The notes: generated by a model from the letters alone, not told the origin. A stretch of DNA of 64,000 nt from Spirochaetaceae bacterium (GCA_051531975.1 JAOPTT010000006.1:398870-462869); one strand, 5' to 3'. Counted from the first letter of the stretch, positions 18,881-29,182 are shown. Numbers and translations: made by a program.

Positions 18881-21136
18881 ATGTGCGAAATTAAAAGACG
18901 AATATTCTGTAGGGAGCATATTTTGAATAAAGAAAATACAATTAAAAAAATAAAAGAATTTTTTTTAACAGAATTAGTTAAGTTAAATCGGGATGAAGAT
19001 AGAATTAAATTATATGATAAAATAATCAAGTTAGCGAAAGATGCTGAATTAGAATCTTATACGCTCTGTTTTGAAGGTTTCAAAGCCCATTTAAAAAAGG
19101 AATATGATAAAGGTATAGAATTTTTTATTCAAACAGTAGCTATTGATGAAACATTTTTATATCCATACATTGGTCTGGGAAATATATATTTCGATAAAGA
19201 AAGTTATGATGAAGCAATCAATAATTATAATAAAGCAATAAATATAGATAACACAAATGCTACACCAAAGTATAACCTAGGACTAATATATACTGAAAAA
19301 CAAGAATATAACGAAGCGATTAAATACTTCAAAGAATCAATAGATATTGATAATACAAATATATATCAATGGAATGATCTTGGTAATGCATATCTAAATA
19401 TAGAAGACTATACTGAAGCAATTATATGCTATAAGAATTCAATTAAACTAGATGATAAATTCCCATATCCATGGTATGGATTAGGGAATGTGTATTTAGA
19501 TTTAAATAATTATAAAGAGTCAATTATATCATTTATGAAAGCAATAGAACTCAATGACAAATTTTCAGATTCATGGTTTGGTGCTGGAAATGTATATTTT
19601 AAAACAAAGCTATATGAGGAATCAATTGAGTATTTTGAAAAGGCAATTGAACTTGATGATAAAGATATATATAAAAATCAAAAAACAAATGAATTATTAG
19701 AAAAAATTAGAATTTCAACAAAATCAGCAGCTTCTGTTAAAAGTATATCTGAAAATGGTAATAGAATTGGAAGAATACTTGAAAAAACAGCCAATATATT
19801 TAAATATTCAGAAAATAAGAAAAGTGAGTTCTTAGATTTTATTCAAGAAGAAAAAATTAAATCGACTGATTCAGAATATAATCTAGAGGTTCTACGTCGC
19901 TGGAACTCCTATACTCCTATAGTAGCTAATGACTACCATATTAGTAAAGGAGGAGGTTATTTCATAAAAGCTGGCGGGTATGGTATTGTTATTGACCCTG
20001 GTTTTAACTTCATAGATAATTTTAAGGGAGCAGGTCATAATTTTAATGAAATTGATGTGGTTATTATATCTCATGCTCACAATGACCATACTGCAGATTT
20101 GGAATCAATTCTGACTCTTTTATATAAATATAATGATAATATAAAAAAATCGGATGATCCACTAAAAGAGGATACAATCTACAGAATCATTGAAAAAAAA
20201 CAAATAGAAAATAAAGAAGATATAAATAAAGAAATAAGACCTAAGGATATAGAAGATGAGTTCGATAAATCAGGGAGACGCAAGATAATTAATATTTTTA
20301 TGCCTCAGAGTGTATTTAAAAAACATGGAGGTTTGTTTGATCTATTTGAAAGAGCCGACTATCGACCTCGGATTATAGAAAAAGGTAGAACAGGTATTGA
20401 GCTGCTCCCTGATTGTCCTTTAAAAATGGATGTACTGACAGCAAAACACTATGATATTTTATCTGATTATTCATCGGTGGGTATGGTTTTATATACTGAT
20501 AATAGCGCTATTGTTTATACAGGAGACACTGGTTGGAGTAATGATATTGAAAAAGAATACAAGGATATTGCTGAAAGTATAAAAGACAAAAAATCTGTTC
20601 TTATTGCACATTTAGGTGGATTTAAAGAATATGAGAATGAATATGCAAAATATGTCTTGGAAGAAGATTTTTGTAAACAAGAAAAATCATATTATAAAAA
20701 TCACCTAGGTAGAATTGGCGTTGCCAAAGTTGCTGAGATTATAAAACCAACTTTATGTCTAATTTCAGAATTTGGAGAAGAATTTAAAGGACGTCGTCAG
20801 GAGATAGCAGAAATCTACAATGATGCATTTAATATTAAAGATAATACTGAAGATAATATTAATATAAAATTCCTACCAGCAGATATTGGACTTATATACC
20901 ATCTTGAGGATAGTATTACAGATAAAAAAGACAAGGTTAAAGCTATACAAAATATAGATATTGATAATTACAAAACTCCTTTAGTAGAAGATAATTATGC
21001 ATTTGTAGATAAGGACAAGATTGAAACTATTCTATTAAGAGATGACTATTCACTTCATTATTACCATAAAGATTTGGTAAAACCAGAAGAGCTTATCCAG
21101 ATACTACAAAAAGAATATAGAGATAGTATTAAATAA
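18881..21136 (+). CDS. TPR-repeat plus metallo-beta-lactamase-fold hydrolase fusion
   Basis: About six TPRs (LGNxY..Y.EAI..Y.KAI.ID); VIDPG, ISHAHNDH (HxHxDH), YTGDT. Confidence 0.85.
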   Translation: MCEIKRRIFCREHILNKENTIKKIKEFFLTELVKLNRDEDRIKLYDKIIKLAKDAELESYTLCFEGFKAHLKKEYDKGIEFFIQTVAIDETFLYPYIGLGNIYFDKESYDEAINNYNKAINIDNTNATPKYNLGLIYTEKQEYNEAIKYFKESIDIDNTNIYQWNDLGNAYLNIEDYTEAIICYKNSIKLDDKFPYPWYGLGNVYLDLNNYKESIISFMKAIELNDKFSDSWFGAGNVYFKTKLYEESIEYFEKAIELDDKDIYKNQKTNELLEKIRISTKSAASVKSISENGNRIGRILEKTANIFKYSENKKSEFLDFIQEEKIKSTDSEYNLEVLRRWNSYTPIVANDYHISKGGGYFIKAGGYGIVIDPGFNFIDNFKGAGHNFNEIDVVIISHAHNDHTADLESILTLLYKYNDNIKKSDDPLKEDTIYRIIEKKQIENKEDINKEIRPKDIEDEFDKSGRRKIINIFMPQSVFKKHGGLFDLFERADYRPRIIEKGRTGIELLPDCPLKMDVLTAKHYDILSDYSSVGMVLYTDNSAIVYTGDTGWSNDIEKEYKDIAESIKDKKSVLIAHLGGFKEYENEYAKYVLEEDFCKQEKSYYKNHLGRIGVAKVAEIIKPTLCLISEFGEEFKGRRQEIAEIYNDAFNIKDNTEDNINIKFLPADIGLIYHLEDSITDKKDKVKAIQNIDIDNYKTPLVEDNYAFVDKDKIETILLRDDYSLHYYHKDLVKPEELIQILQKEYRDSIK

Positions 21137-21226
21137 TATTTGTAATGAATTAAAAGTTATTATATCTTATAATAAACTAGTGTTAATAATTAACATTTAT
21201 TTATGTTAAAAAAGGAGGTAAAGAGT

Positions 21227-21343
21227 ATGGTTTATATAAAGCCCGAAGTTTTGGCAAAAAGTACTATATATATGGCAGAATGCCGTCCAAATAGTAAGCC
21301 AAGTGGAAGACCTTGTAACCCACCAGGTCCAGGTGGAAGATAA
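21227..21343 (+). CDS. Putative RiPP precursor peptide, 38 aa: MVYIKPEVLAKSTIYMAECRPNSKPSGRPCNPPGPGGR
   Basis: AAGGAGGT RBS; YxKPxV leader; Cys/Pro/Gly-rich tail; locally higher GC; directly upstream of RRE-rSAM; below the ORF track size cutoff. Confidence 0.85.
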   Translation: MVYIKPEVLAKSTIYMAECRPNSKPSGRPCNPPGPGGR

Positions 21344-21351
21344 AAATTTAC

Positions 21352-21386
21352 GGTGACGATTGTAATTTAAATAAACAGTCGTTACC
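21352..21386 (+). other. Stem-loop between precursor and maturase
   Basis: ggtgacgattgt pairs with acagtcgttacc (two G-U pairs), 11-nt loop, no U-tract. Confidence 0.65.
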
Positions 21387-21406
21387 AACTTACTATGGAG
21401 ACAATA

Positions 21407-22876
21407 ATGTTTTTCAAACTAAAATCTAATGTTATGTTTAGAAATTATGAATCCTTTGGATATATAACAGATAATAGGAATTTTGGATATAAACTAGAAA
21501 ATACCGAAGATAATAATATTGGAGACAAAATTATTTCTCAAAGTGGATCGTTATTTTATTCAGTATTAGATAAAAAACCACAATCGTTAGATGAATTAAC
21601 AGCAAAAATTTATCGCTGCTTTAAAGATATTGACTTTGGAATTATATTGAATGATTCTAAAGAATTTTATTTTATGCTTGAACGTGATGGATTTATTATT
21701 TCAGGTGAGACACAAGATGAATGTATAAAAAAAGATATCAAATTTTCTTACAAAAAATTAAAACCAGAAATATTAAGAAATGTTTCGAAATTGATTGAAG
21801 TACAACAAGAAAAATTAACACAGGATTTTTTTGAGGAGTATTTTAAAGGAAAACCTCAACTTACAAGTATTCATATGGAAATAATAAGTAAATGCAATGA
21901 AAGATGTATACACTGTTATATCCCTCATGATAAGAAAGTAAATGTTATGGAATCTGATTTATTTTATGATATACTAGAACAATGTAAGAAAATGAAGCTA
22001 TTACATATAACTATCACTGGTGGAGAACCAATGATGCATAAGAATTTCTGTAATTTCTTAAGAAAATGTAATGAATATGGTTTCTCAGTTAATGTTCTAA
22101 GTAATTTAACATTACTTAATGAAGAAATAATTACAGAAATTAAGCAAAATCCTCTTTTAGGTGTTCAAGTATCACTATATTCAATGGATTCAAGTATTCA
22201 TGATGAAATAACACAAGTGACAGGAAGTTTTGAAAAAACAACAAAATCAATTTTGAAACTCATAGAAAATGATATTCCTCTACAAATAAGCTGTCCTATC
22301 TTAAAACAAAATAAAAACTGTTATGATAATGTTAGAATGTGGGCACAAAAACATAAAATTCATGTCGGAGCTGATTTTGTTATATTTGGAAAGTATGATA
22401 ATAATACAGAAAACCTGAGTAACCGTTTATCAATTGATGAAATAGGAGAAGTAATAACTGAAATATCAAATAAAGATATAAATTATTTAGATCAATTAAA
22501 AAAAGAAGCTGAAGAAAAAAAAGATATATCAGCTAACGATAAAGTATGTAGTATTTGTCATTCTTCATTATGTATCTCAGAGAATGGGATTGCGTACCCA
22601 TGTGCAGGTTGGCAAGGTTATATTTTAGGTAATTTAAATGAAACCTCACTTAATGAGATTTGGACTAATTCAAATAAAATCGAATATTTAAGGGGTTTAT
22701 GTAAAAACGATTTTCATAAATGCCTAAAATGCTCAGACAAAGAATATTGTACTATGTGTATGGTGAGAAATGCAAATGAACATCCAAATGGTGATCCATT
22801 AGTTGTTAATGATTTTTTCTGTAATATAGCTAAACTAAATAAAAAAATAGTACTAGAAAGAAATATACTCATTTAA
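21407..22876 (+). CDS. Radical SAM/SPASM peptide maturase with N-terminal PqqD-like RRE
   Basis: CNERCIHC, ITGGEP, SPASM cysteines CSIC..YPC..CLKCSDKEYCTMC..FFC; N-terminal winged-helix RRE-like pattern; GGAG RBS favours ATG 21407 over 21395. Confidence 0.9.
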   Translation: MFFKLKSNVMFRNYESFGYITDNRNFGYKLENTEDNNIGDKIISQSGSLFYSVLDKKPQSLDELTAKIYRCFKDIDFGIILNDSKEFYFMLERDGFIISGETQDECIKKDIKFSYKKLKPEILRNVSKLIEVQQEKLTQDFFEEYFKGKPQLTSIHMEIISKCNERCIHCYIPHDKKVNVMESDLFYDILEQCKKMKLLHITITGGEPMMHKNFCNFLRKCNEYGFSVNVLSNLTLLNEEIITEIKQNPLLGVQVSLYSMDSSIHDEITQVTGSFEKTTKSILKLIENDIPLQISCPILKQNKNCYDNVRMWAQKHKIHVGADFVIFGKYDNNTENLSNRLSIDEIGEVITEISNKDINYLDQLKKEAEEKKDISANDKVCSICHSSLCISENGIAYPCAGWQGYILGNLNETSLNEIWTNSNKIEYLRGLCKNDFHKCLKCSDKEYCTMCMVRNANEHPNGDPLVVNDFFCNIAKLNKKIVLERNILI

Positions 22877-23269
22877 ATAATTCTCATAGAATTGGAATAA
22901 CCCTTAGTATTGACTCAACTATAAATGTCAAGCCATTTTATGTTTCCTACAACGCGGTTCGTTCAGTGACCTCTTTATAGTCGATTTCAATCCATTGTTT
23001 CTACAAAGCAAAGTCATAATTGACAATATAGGGTATTATTTAAAAATTATAGGATTATGCAATAGCAAGAGATTCTTGTAAATAATATTTAATATAAAGC
23101 TTTATAGCTCTAAATTTTTCTTAGTAAGTATACATGTACAAACTCCTTAAAGTACAGATTTTTGTCCGCATCTCCATATGGGGAAAAGCATTTTCCATTT
23201 CCAAAGTTTACAGGGTAGTATGAATAACCTGGAAACGGCAAGTCCTTTTACTCACCTAATATAAAAAAA

Positions 23270-23424
23270 TAATCCTCCTTCCTTTGTATCATGCTATAAG
23301 AATCTCCACTAAGGGAGAAAACTCTAGCATGGTGTAAAAGTTGATCTAACATGGCCGTTGTCATTATCTCATCATCCATAATTTCAGACCACTGATCGAA
23401 TCCTGTATTTGATGTAATAATAAT
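23270..23424 (-). pseudogene. IS21-family IstB ATPase C-terminal fragment
   Basis: IITSNTGFDQWSEIMDDEIMTTAMLDQLLHHARVFSLSGDSY. Confidence 0.75.
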
Positions 23425-23794
23425 CAATGTTGTGGATATAAATCAGGTCTCCAGAGCTTTATCCTATGAAACTGTTGATTTAGCAACTAACAGGGTAAAT
23501 TGAATATTTATATCCAAGTGCATAATTCTGTAATTTCCCAAATATAACTTTAGTTATGTATACGATTGTTGGATTATACAAGTAATATAAATGAATACTA
23601 AATATATAACAATCTAGAATATAAAAAGGCATACGATAAACTAGGGATATAATTTAGGTGAATTATATTTGGGAATTGATTTATATGGTAATGGTTATGT
23701 AACACACACAAATTTTGTTTTAATAGTTTTCTGTGAGTTGCCTTTCCAGATTGATATGTAGAAAACATCAGAAATTATATTTATTGGAGTTAAA

Positions 23795-25477
23795 ATGGTT
23801 GAAGGAATTATTTATGTTGTTGTAGGTATACTAGTAGGATCTGTGATTGGTTGGTTATCATGCAAATTAATACAGAGTAAATTATATTCTAATAAAACAA
23901 GCAATGATCTTAATAAAATTCTAGTATTAGAAAAGGAATTATCAACTAACCAGGCTAATTTAATTACAACAAAAGAAGCTCTAGATGATCAAATAAAGAT
24001 TACTAGTGAAAAGCAGATTGAAATTGATTTAATAAAAGAAGATATCGCAGAAATAAGAACTAAAATAACACAAATGAATGCTGAAAAAGAATACTCAGAT
24101 AAAAAGTTGAAAGATAATATAAAAGTAAATGAACAACTTGACCAAGAGTATAAATCCAATATTGAGATAATAAATAATGCTAATATTATAATCTCAACGA
24201 AAGATGGAGAAAATAAAGCATTAAGTTTAGAAATAGAAAATTTAAAAGCTTATTTATTTGATAAAAAGAATGAGATTACAGAGATAAAAAATGAAATTAA
24301 AGAGATTACTAATTCTGCTAATATTCAAAATATTGATCTTGCAGCATCCCTAGCTGAAAATAGTTCGTTAAATGATAAACTCAAGAATCAAAAAAAAGAA
24401 ATTGAAGAAATTGGAACAAAATTTAAACTAGAATTTGAAAATATTGCTTCTAAGATTCTAGAGACAAATACAGAAAAGTTTACAGAGATAAACAAAACTA
24501 ATATTAAGGGAATACTAGATCCCCTTTCCACAAATTTAGAACAGTTCAAAAATAAAATTAATGAAACTTACGATAAAGAATCGAAAGAGCGATTTTCATT
24601 AGGTGAAAAAGTAAAAGAATTAGCTAGTTTAAATAAGATAATCAGTGAAGAAGCAAAAAATCTTACAAACGCACTAAAAGGTGACTCGAAAACTCAAGGA
24701 CGTTGGGGTGAAATGATTTTAGAAAGTATTTTAGAACGTTCAGGTCTAACCAAGGATCAAGAATATTTTGTAGAATATCAGCTAGAAGATTCGGAAGGTA
24801 ATCCCTTAAAGTCTGAATCTGAAAATAAAAAAATGCGTCCAGATGTGGTTATAAAATACCCAGATAATAGATGTATTATAATTGATTCAAAGGTTTCACT
24901 AAATTCTTTTGTAAGATATATGTCTTCCGATAATTTAGAAGAGCAAAAGAAAGAACTAGATGACCATATAAAAGCTGTAAAAACCCATATTATTTCATTG
25001 AGTAAAAAGGGTTATGATGATTATGACCAATCATTAGATTTTGTAATGATGTTTATTCCAAATGAACCTGCATATATGGCTGCACTTAAAGGTGATCCTG
25101 ATTTGTGGAATTTTGCTTATGATAAAAGAATCCTACTAATAAACCCTACAAATCTAATAATATCATTAAAACTAATAGTTGATTTATGGAAGAGAGAATA
25201 TCAAAATAAGAACGCACAAGACATAGCTGAAAGAGGTGCAAAACTTTACGATAAGTTTGTTGGTTTTTTAACTAACTTTTCAAATATTGAAAAATATTTA
25301 GATAAATCTAAGGAGGCATATAACTCCTCCTTAAAACAATTAAATACAGGTAACGATAATTTAATAATTCAAACTACAAAATTAAAAAATCTAGGAATAA
25401 AAAACAAAAAATCACTACCAGAAAATTTTATACAAAAAAACGATCAAAATATGTTGATTGATAATAAACAAAATTAA
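23795..25477 (+). CDS. rmuC: RmuC family protein with extended coiled coil
   Basis: N-terminal TM helix, QGRWGEMILE, RPDVVI..P, IIIDSKVSL, DFVMMFIPNE. Confidence 0.92.
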   Translation: MVEGIIYVVVGILVGSVIGWLSCKLIQSKLYSNKTSNDLNKILVLEKELSTNQANLITTKEALDDQIKITSEKQIEIDLIKEDIAEIRTKITQMNAEKEYSDKKLKDNIKVNEQLDQEYKSNIEIINNANIIISTKDGENKALSLEIENLKAYLFDKKNEITEIKNEIKEITNSANIQNIDLAASLAENSSLNDKLKNQKKEIEEIGTKFKLEFENIASKILETNTEKFTEINKTNIKGILDPLSTNLEQFKNKINETYDKESKERFSLGEKVKELASLNKIISEEAKNLTNALKGDSKTQGRWGEMILESILERSGLTKDQEYFVEYQLEDSEGNPLKSESENKKMRPDVVIKYPDNRCIIIDSKVSLNSFVRYMSSDNLEEQKKELDDHIKAVKTHIISLSKKGYDDYDQSLDFVMMFIPNEPAYMAALKGDPDLWNFAYDKRILLINPTNLIISLKLIVDLWKREYQNKNAQDIAERGAKLYDKFVGFLTNFSNIEKYLDKSKEAYNSSLKQLNTGNDNLIIQTTKLKNLGIKNKKSLPENFIQKNDQNMLIDNKQN

Positions 25478-25488
25478 TTAGGGGTTAT

Positions 25489-25959
25489 ATGAAATATATA
25501 TTACAAGCTAAAAGTAGCTCAGGGAAACCATACAAAGTAGAGATTGGTGAAAGTAATGGTTTAATGACTGCTAAGTGCAGTTGTCCTGCTGGTGTATGGG
25601 GAAAGTTATGTAAACATAAAATGAACCTATTAAAAGGTGATCAGACATTTTTATTTGATATTTCAGAACTAGATACACTAAAAGAAGTTGAAGTAAAAGT
25701 TAGAAATAGTTCCTTGTATGATTTAATTGAAAAAGTTGATATTTCGACTAAGTGCGTGAAAATAATAGAAGCAAAGAAGAAAAAAGATCAAAAGAAACTA
25801 TTAGATAAAATGACAACAAGTAATATTGAACTAGAACTTGATACATTTAAATTAGCGTATTCAGATATTGCTGAATTAGAGATAGAACTTGCTTTTAATA
25901 AATATGTTGTTTCACGTTATAAATCAGATGTTGAGACTAAATTTAAAGTAGGTTTTTAA
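25489..25959 (+). CDS. SWIM zinc-finger protein
   Basis: SSSGKPYKV...CSCPAGVWGKLCKH. Confidence 0.8.
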   Translation: MKYILQAKSSSGKPYKVEIGESNGLMTAKCSCPAGVWGKLCKHKMNLLKGDQTFLFDISELDTLKEVEVKVRNSSLYDLIEKVDISTKCVKIIEAKKKKDQKKLLDKMTTSNIELELDTFKLAYSDIAELEIELAFNKYVVSRYKSDVETKFKVGF

Positions 25960-25983
25960 TTTATTGGAATAGAGGATTATAAT

Positions 25984-26844
25984 ATGATGGATTTGAATAA
26001 TAAAATTGATATTGAAAAATATAAAGAAATACAGAGACGATATACTGAAAAAGTTACAGTTATAGTTAATAAGGGTAAAGAAAAAGAAAGACATGAAGTT
26101 GTGACAGATTTACCAGAACCTAGTTTCAAGGAATGGAAAGTATCAGTTATTAACAATGATGGTTTAGGTAATATTTTAATAAGTAAGTGTGTATATGGGG
26201 AATCACGCTCTACAATAAAAAAGAAGTTATATTCATCAGAGTCATGGACTATTCTTTGTGATTGCCGTAATAAGGGTGAATTTGGTTTGTTTTGTAACCA
26301 TAAGAAGGAAATTGCTCAGTTAAATTTTAATAACATAATAGGTTGGAATCCAGTTATACAAAAATATGTGGATAGTTGTAAGAATGATATAGTAGATAAA
26401 AATCTTATATACTTACCAACTGATATTACAGAACCTTATATCAGATATTTAAAAATGAATAAGTTAATAGGCGATGTGAAGACCGAGGAAAAAAGCAAAA
26501 TCATTTTAGACATTGGTTTACTTGGGTTTACTAGTCTACCTCAATTTAAAAACTTTATATTATACTTCTCTCTCAATAAATCATTAAATAAAGAGAGTGA
26601 TATTAAAATAGAACCAGCTGATATCCATCAGTATATAAAATCACCAAAATTTAATAACTTCATCGATTTAAAACAATTTGTTGATATGAGATTAGGACAA
26701 ACTATAAGGTTTAACATACTTAATGAAAAGTTAGAGAAATTAGAAAATAAATTGGGTGTAAATATAGAAGAATTCGAGACAATTAAAGAAATTAAATTAG
26801 ATTTTTGGAACTTCGGAGATGATATTAATAAGCACTATATTTAA
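25984..26844 (+). CDS. Hypothetical protein with SWIM-like motif
   Basis: CDCRNKGEFGLFCNH (CxC..CxH). Confidence 0.6.
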   Translation: MMDLNNKIDIEKYKEIQRRYTEKVTVIVNKGKEKERHEVVTDLPEPSFKEWKVSVINNDGLGNILISKCVYGESRSTIKKKLYSSESWTILCDCRNKGEFGLFCNHKKEIAQLNFNNIIGWNPVIQKYVDSCKNDIVDKNLIYLPTDITEPYIRYLKMNKLIGDVKTEEKSKIILDIGLLGFTSLPQFKNFILYFSLNKSLNKESDIKIEPADIHQYIKSPKFNNFIDLKQFVDMRLGQTIRFNILNEKLEKLENKLGVNIEEFETIKEIKLDFWNFGDDINKHYI

Positions 26845-26873
26845 GATTAGAAATATATACTAAAGAGGTAGCA

Positions 26874-28184
26874 ATGAGTTATATCATCATCATAGAAGCG
26901 TTAGTTATACTAATATTATTTGTTTTATTAGTAGTAACATTGATTGGTAAGTTTAAGATCAAAAAGAAATATTCACCTATTATTGATATGGAAAAAGAAG
27001 TCAATAAAAGGTTAAAAGAAAAAAAATATGCTGAAATGGAAATTGAAGATCTTAGAACATCATATAAAGAGAAAAGAATAATATATGATCAATTAGTACA
27101 AGAAGCAGCAATATATAATGAACAAATTGAATTAGCAGAGTTAGGTTTTTATTCTCCACAATACTCTTATGATACATCTGAAAAAATTAAAGATACCATT
27201 GATAATGTAAAAAATAAACAAAAGTTAATGATAAAAGATAAAAGTGCTATTTATTGTAATACAGAGTGGACTGTAGAAGGTAGTAAAGCTAAAGGTAGAA
27301 CAATGACTAATAGAAATATTAGGATGACAGCTAGAGCTTTCAATAACGAATGTGATTCAGCCATTTCCAGTACGAAATGGAATAACGTATCAAGAATGGT
27401 TTCTAGAATTGAAAAAGCTTTTAGTGCAATTAACAAACTTAACGATTCCAATAAAATATATATTTCACCTGAATATTTATCTCTAAAGTTGGAGGAGCTA
27501 ACCCTAACTCACGAATATAAAGAAAAAAAACAAGAAGAGAAAGAAGAACAAGCAGAATTAAAACGTCAAATGAAAGAAGAAGCTAAAATAGTTAAAGAAG
27601 CTGAGATAGCTGAAAAAGAGCTCTTAAAACAAGAAGAACTATTAAATAAAATAAGAAGAGAAGTAGAAGATGCTACAGGTGACAAATTAAATCAACTGCA
27701 AAAACAAATTAACGATTATGAAGACGAAATAGAAAAGAACAAACGAAAAATATCATTAGCTCAACAAACTAAAAGAGGTGTAGTTTATATAATTTCAAAT
27801 ATTGGATCATTTGGAGATAATATATATAAGATTGGAATGACTAGAAGAGAGGATCCAATGGAAAGAGTAAAGGAATTAAGCAGTGCTAGTGTTCCTTTTT
27901 CATTTGATATTCATGCTAAAATTAAGTCGGAAGATGCTCCAGCGTTAGAAAAATCACTACATAAGATATTTAAAGATAAACGAGTCAATTTAGTAAATAA
28001 TCGTAAAGAATTTTTCAATGTTAACTTTGATAAAATCAGAAAAGAAGTTGATCAATTAGAGCTTAATGCAGAAATATTTGAAACAATTGAAGCTAGGGAA
28101 TATCGTGAAACCCAGGCATTACGTAAGGAAAAAGTATTAATTGAAAATGAGAAGAATACTGTAGAACTACCACAAAGCATCTAA
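26874..28184 (+). CDS. DUF4041 plus T5orf172/GIY-YIG-like domain protein, membrane anchored
   Basis: RAFNNECD; GVVYIISNIGSFGDNIYKIGMTRR..PMERVKELSSASVPF; N-terminal TM. Confidence 0.88.
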   Translation: MSYIIIIEALVILILFVLLVVTLIGKFKIKKKYSPIIDMEKEVNKRLKEKKYAEMEIEDLRTSYKEKRIIYDQLVQEAAIYNEQIELAELGFYSPQYSYDTSEKIKDTIDNVKNKQKLMIKDKSAIYCNTEWTVEGSKAKGRTMTNRNIRMTARAFNNECDSAISSTKWNNVSRMVSRIEKAFSAINKLNDSNKIYISPEYLSLKLEELTLTHEYKEKKQEEKEEQAELKRQMKEEAKIVKEAEIAEKELLKQEELLNKIRREVEDATGDKLNQLQKQINDYEDEIEKNKRKISLAQQTKRGVVYIISNIGSFGDNIYKIGMTRREDPMERVKELSSASVPFSFDIHAKIKSEDAPALEKSLHKIFKDKRVNLVNNRKEFFNVNFDKIRKEVDQLELNAEIFETIEAREYRETQALRKEKVLIENEKNTVELPQSI

Positions 28185-28240
28185 AAAGGCAGGGATTTGC
28201 TAGGAGAAATTATTATATTATTTAACAATGGGGGAATCAA

Positions 28241-29182
28241 TTGCCATACGACTTAACTAAAAGATTAGTAATTGGGTTATCATCAAGTGCGCTTTTTGAT
28301 CTACAGGATGCTGATTATATCTTTAGAACTAAAGGTGAAGAAAGCTATAGAGAGTACCAATTTACAAATAAAAATATCCCACTAAGTAAAGGTGTTGCTT
28401 TTCCTTTTATTAGAAGATTATTGCAATTAAATAAGTTAAGGCCAGATGATCCTCTGGTTGAAGTTATACTTATGTCTAGAAATGACCCTGATACAGGACT
28501 AAGAGTAATGAACTCAATAGAGCATTATGGCTTGGGTATTACTAGGGCTATTTTTACACAAGGAAGATCTCCTAAAAAATTCATACCAGCTTTTGATATA
28601 GAACTATTTTTATCTTCTAGTTCCACTGATGTAAATGAAGCTACTCTCGCAGGTTACCCTGCAGGTCAAATATTAACAAACTCAACGATAAATATAGTAG
28701 ATGATGAAGTTGATAAAGAATTAAGAATTGCATTCGACTTTGATGGTGTTATTGCTGATGATGAATCTGAAAAAGTTTTAAAAGAACATAATAATCTTAA
28801 TGAATTTCATGAACATGAAATATTGAATAATGATAAATCACATAATCCAGGTCCATTAAAAAAATTTTTAGAAAGGATTTCCTATATACAGAAATTGGAA
28901 CTTGAAAAGAAAAAGGTAGATTCTTCATATATTCCAATGTTAAGGATTTCAATAGTGACAGCTAGAAATGCACCCTCACATAAGAGAGTTATTCAAACAA
29001 TGAGAGATTGGAATATAATGATAAATGAAGCTTATTTTATGGGTGGTATTGCTAAAAACAATGTTCTTGAAGTACTTAGACCTCATATTTATTTTGATGA
29101 CCAAAAATTACATTTAGATCCAAGTTCTAAAGTCTTTACTTCAGTACACATCCCTTTTGGGGTTACAAATTCAAAATTATAA
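28241..29182 (+). CDS. 5'-nucleotidase (cN-I-like, HAD fold)
   Basis: LVIGLSSSALFDL, LRIAFDFDGV, VTARNAPSH, PHIYFDDQ; TTG start. Confidence 0.88.
   Translation: MPYDLTKRLVIGLSSSALFDLQDADYIFRTKGEESYREYQFTNKNIPLSKGVAFPFIRRLLQLNKLRPDDPLVEVILMSRNDPDTGLRVMNSIEHYGLGITRAIFTQGRSPKKFIPAFDIELFLSSSSTDVNEATLAGYPAGQILTNSTINIVDDEVDKELRIAFDFDGVIADDESEKVLKEHNNLNEFHEHEILNNDKSHNPGPLKKFLERISYIQKLELEKKKVDSSYIPMLRISIVTARNAPSHKRVIQTMRDWNIMINEAYFMGGIAKNNVLEVLRPHIYFDDQKLHLDPSSKVFTSVHIPFGVTNSKL

Noticed and set aside
21206..21388. 60-aa minus-strand ORF
   Set aside because: Antisense to the precursor ORF, which has the RBS and operon context
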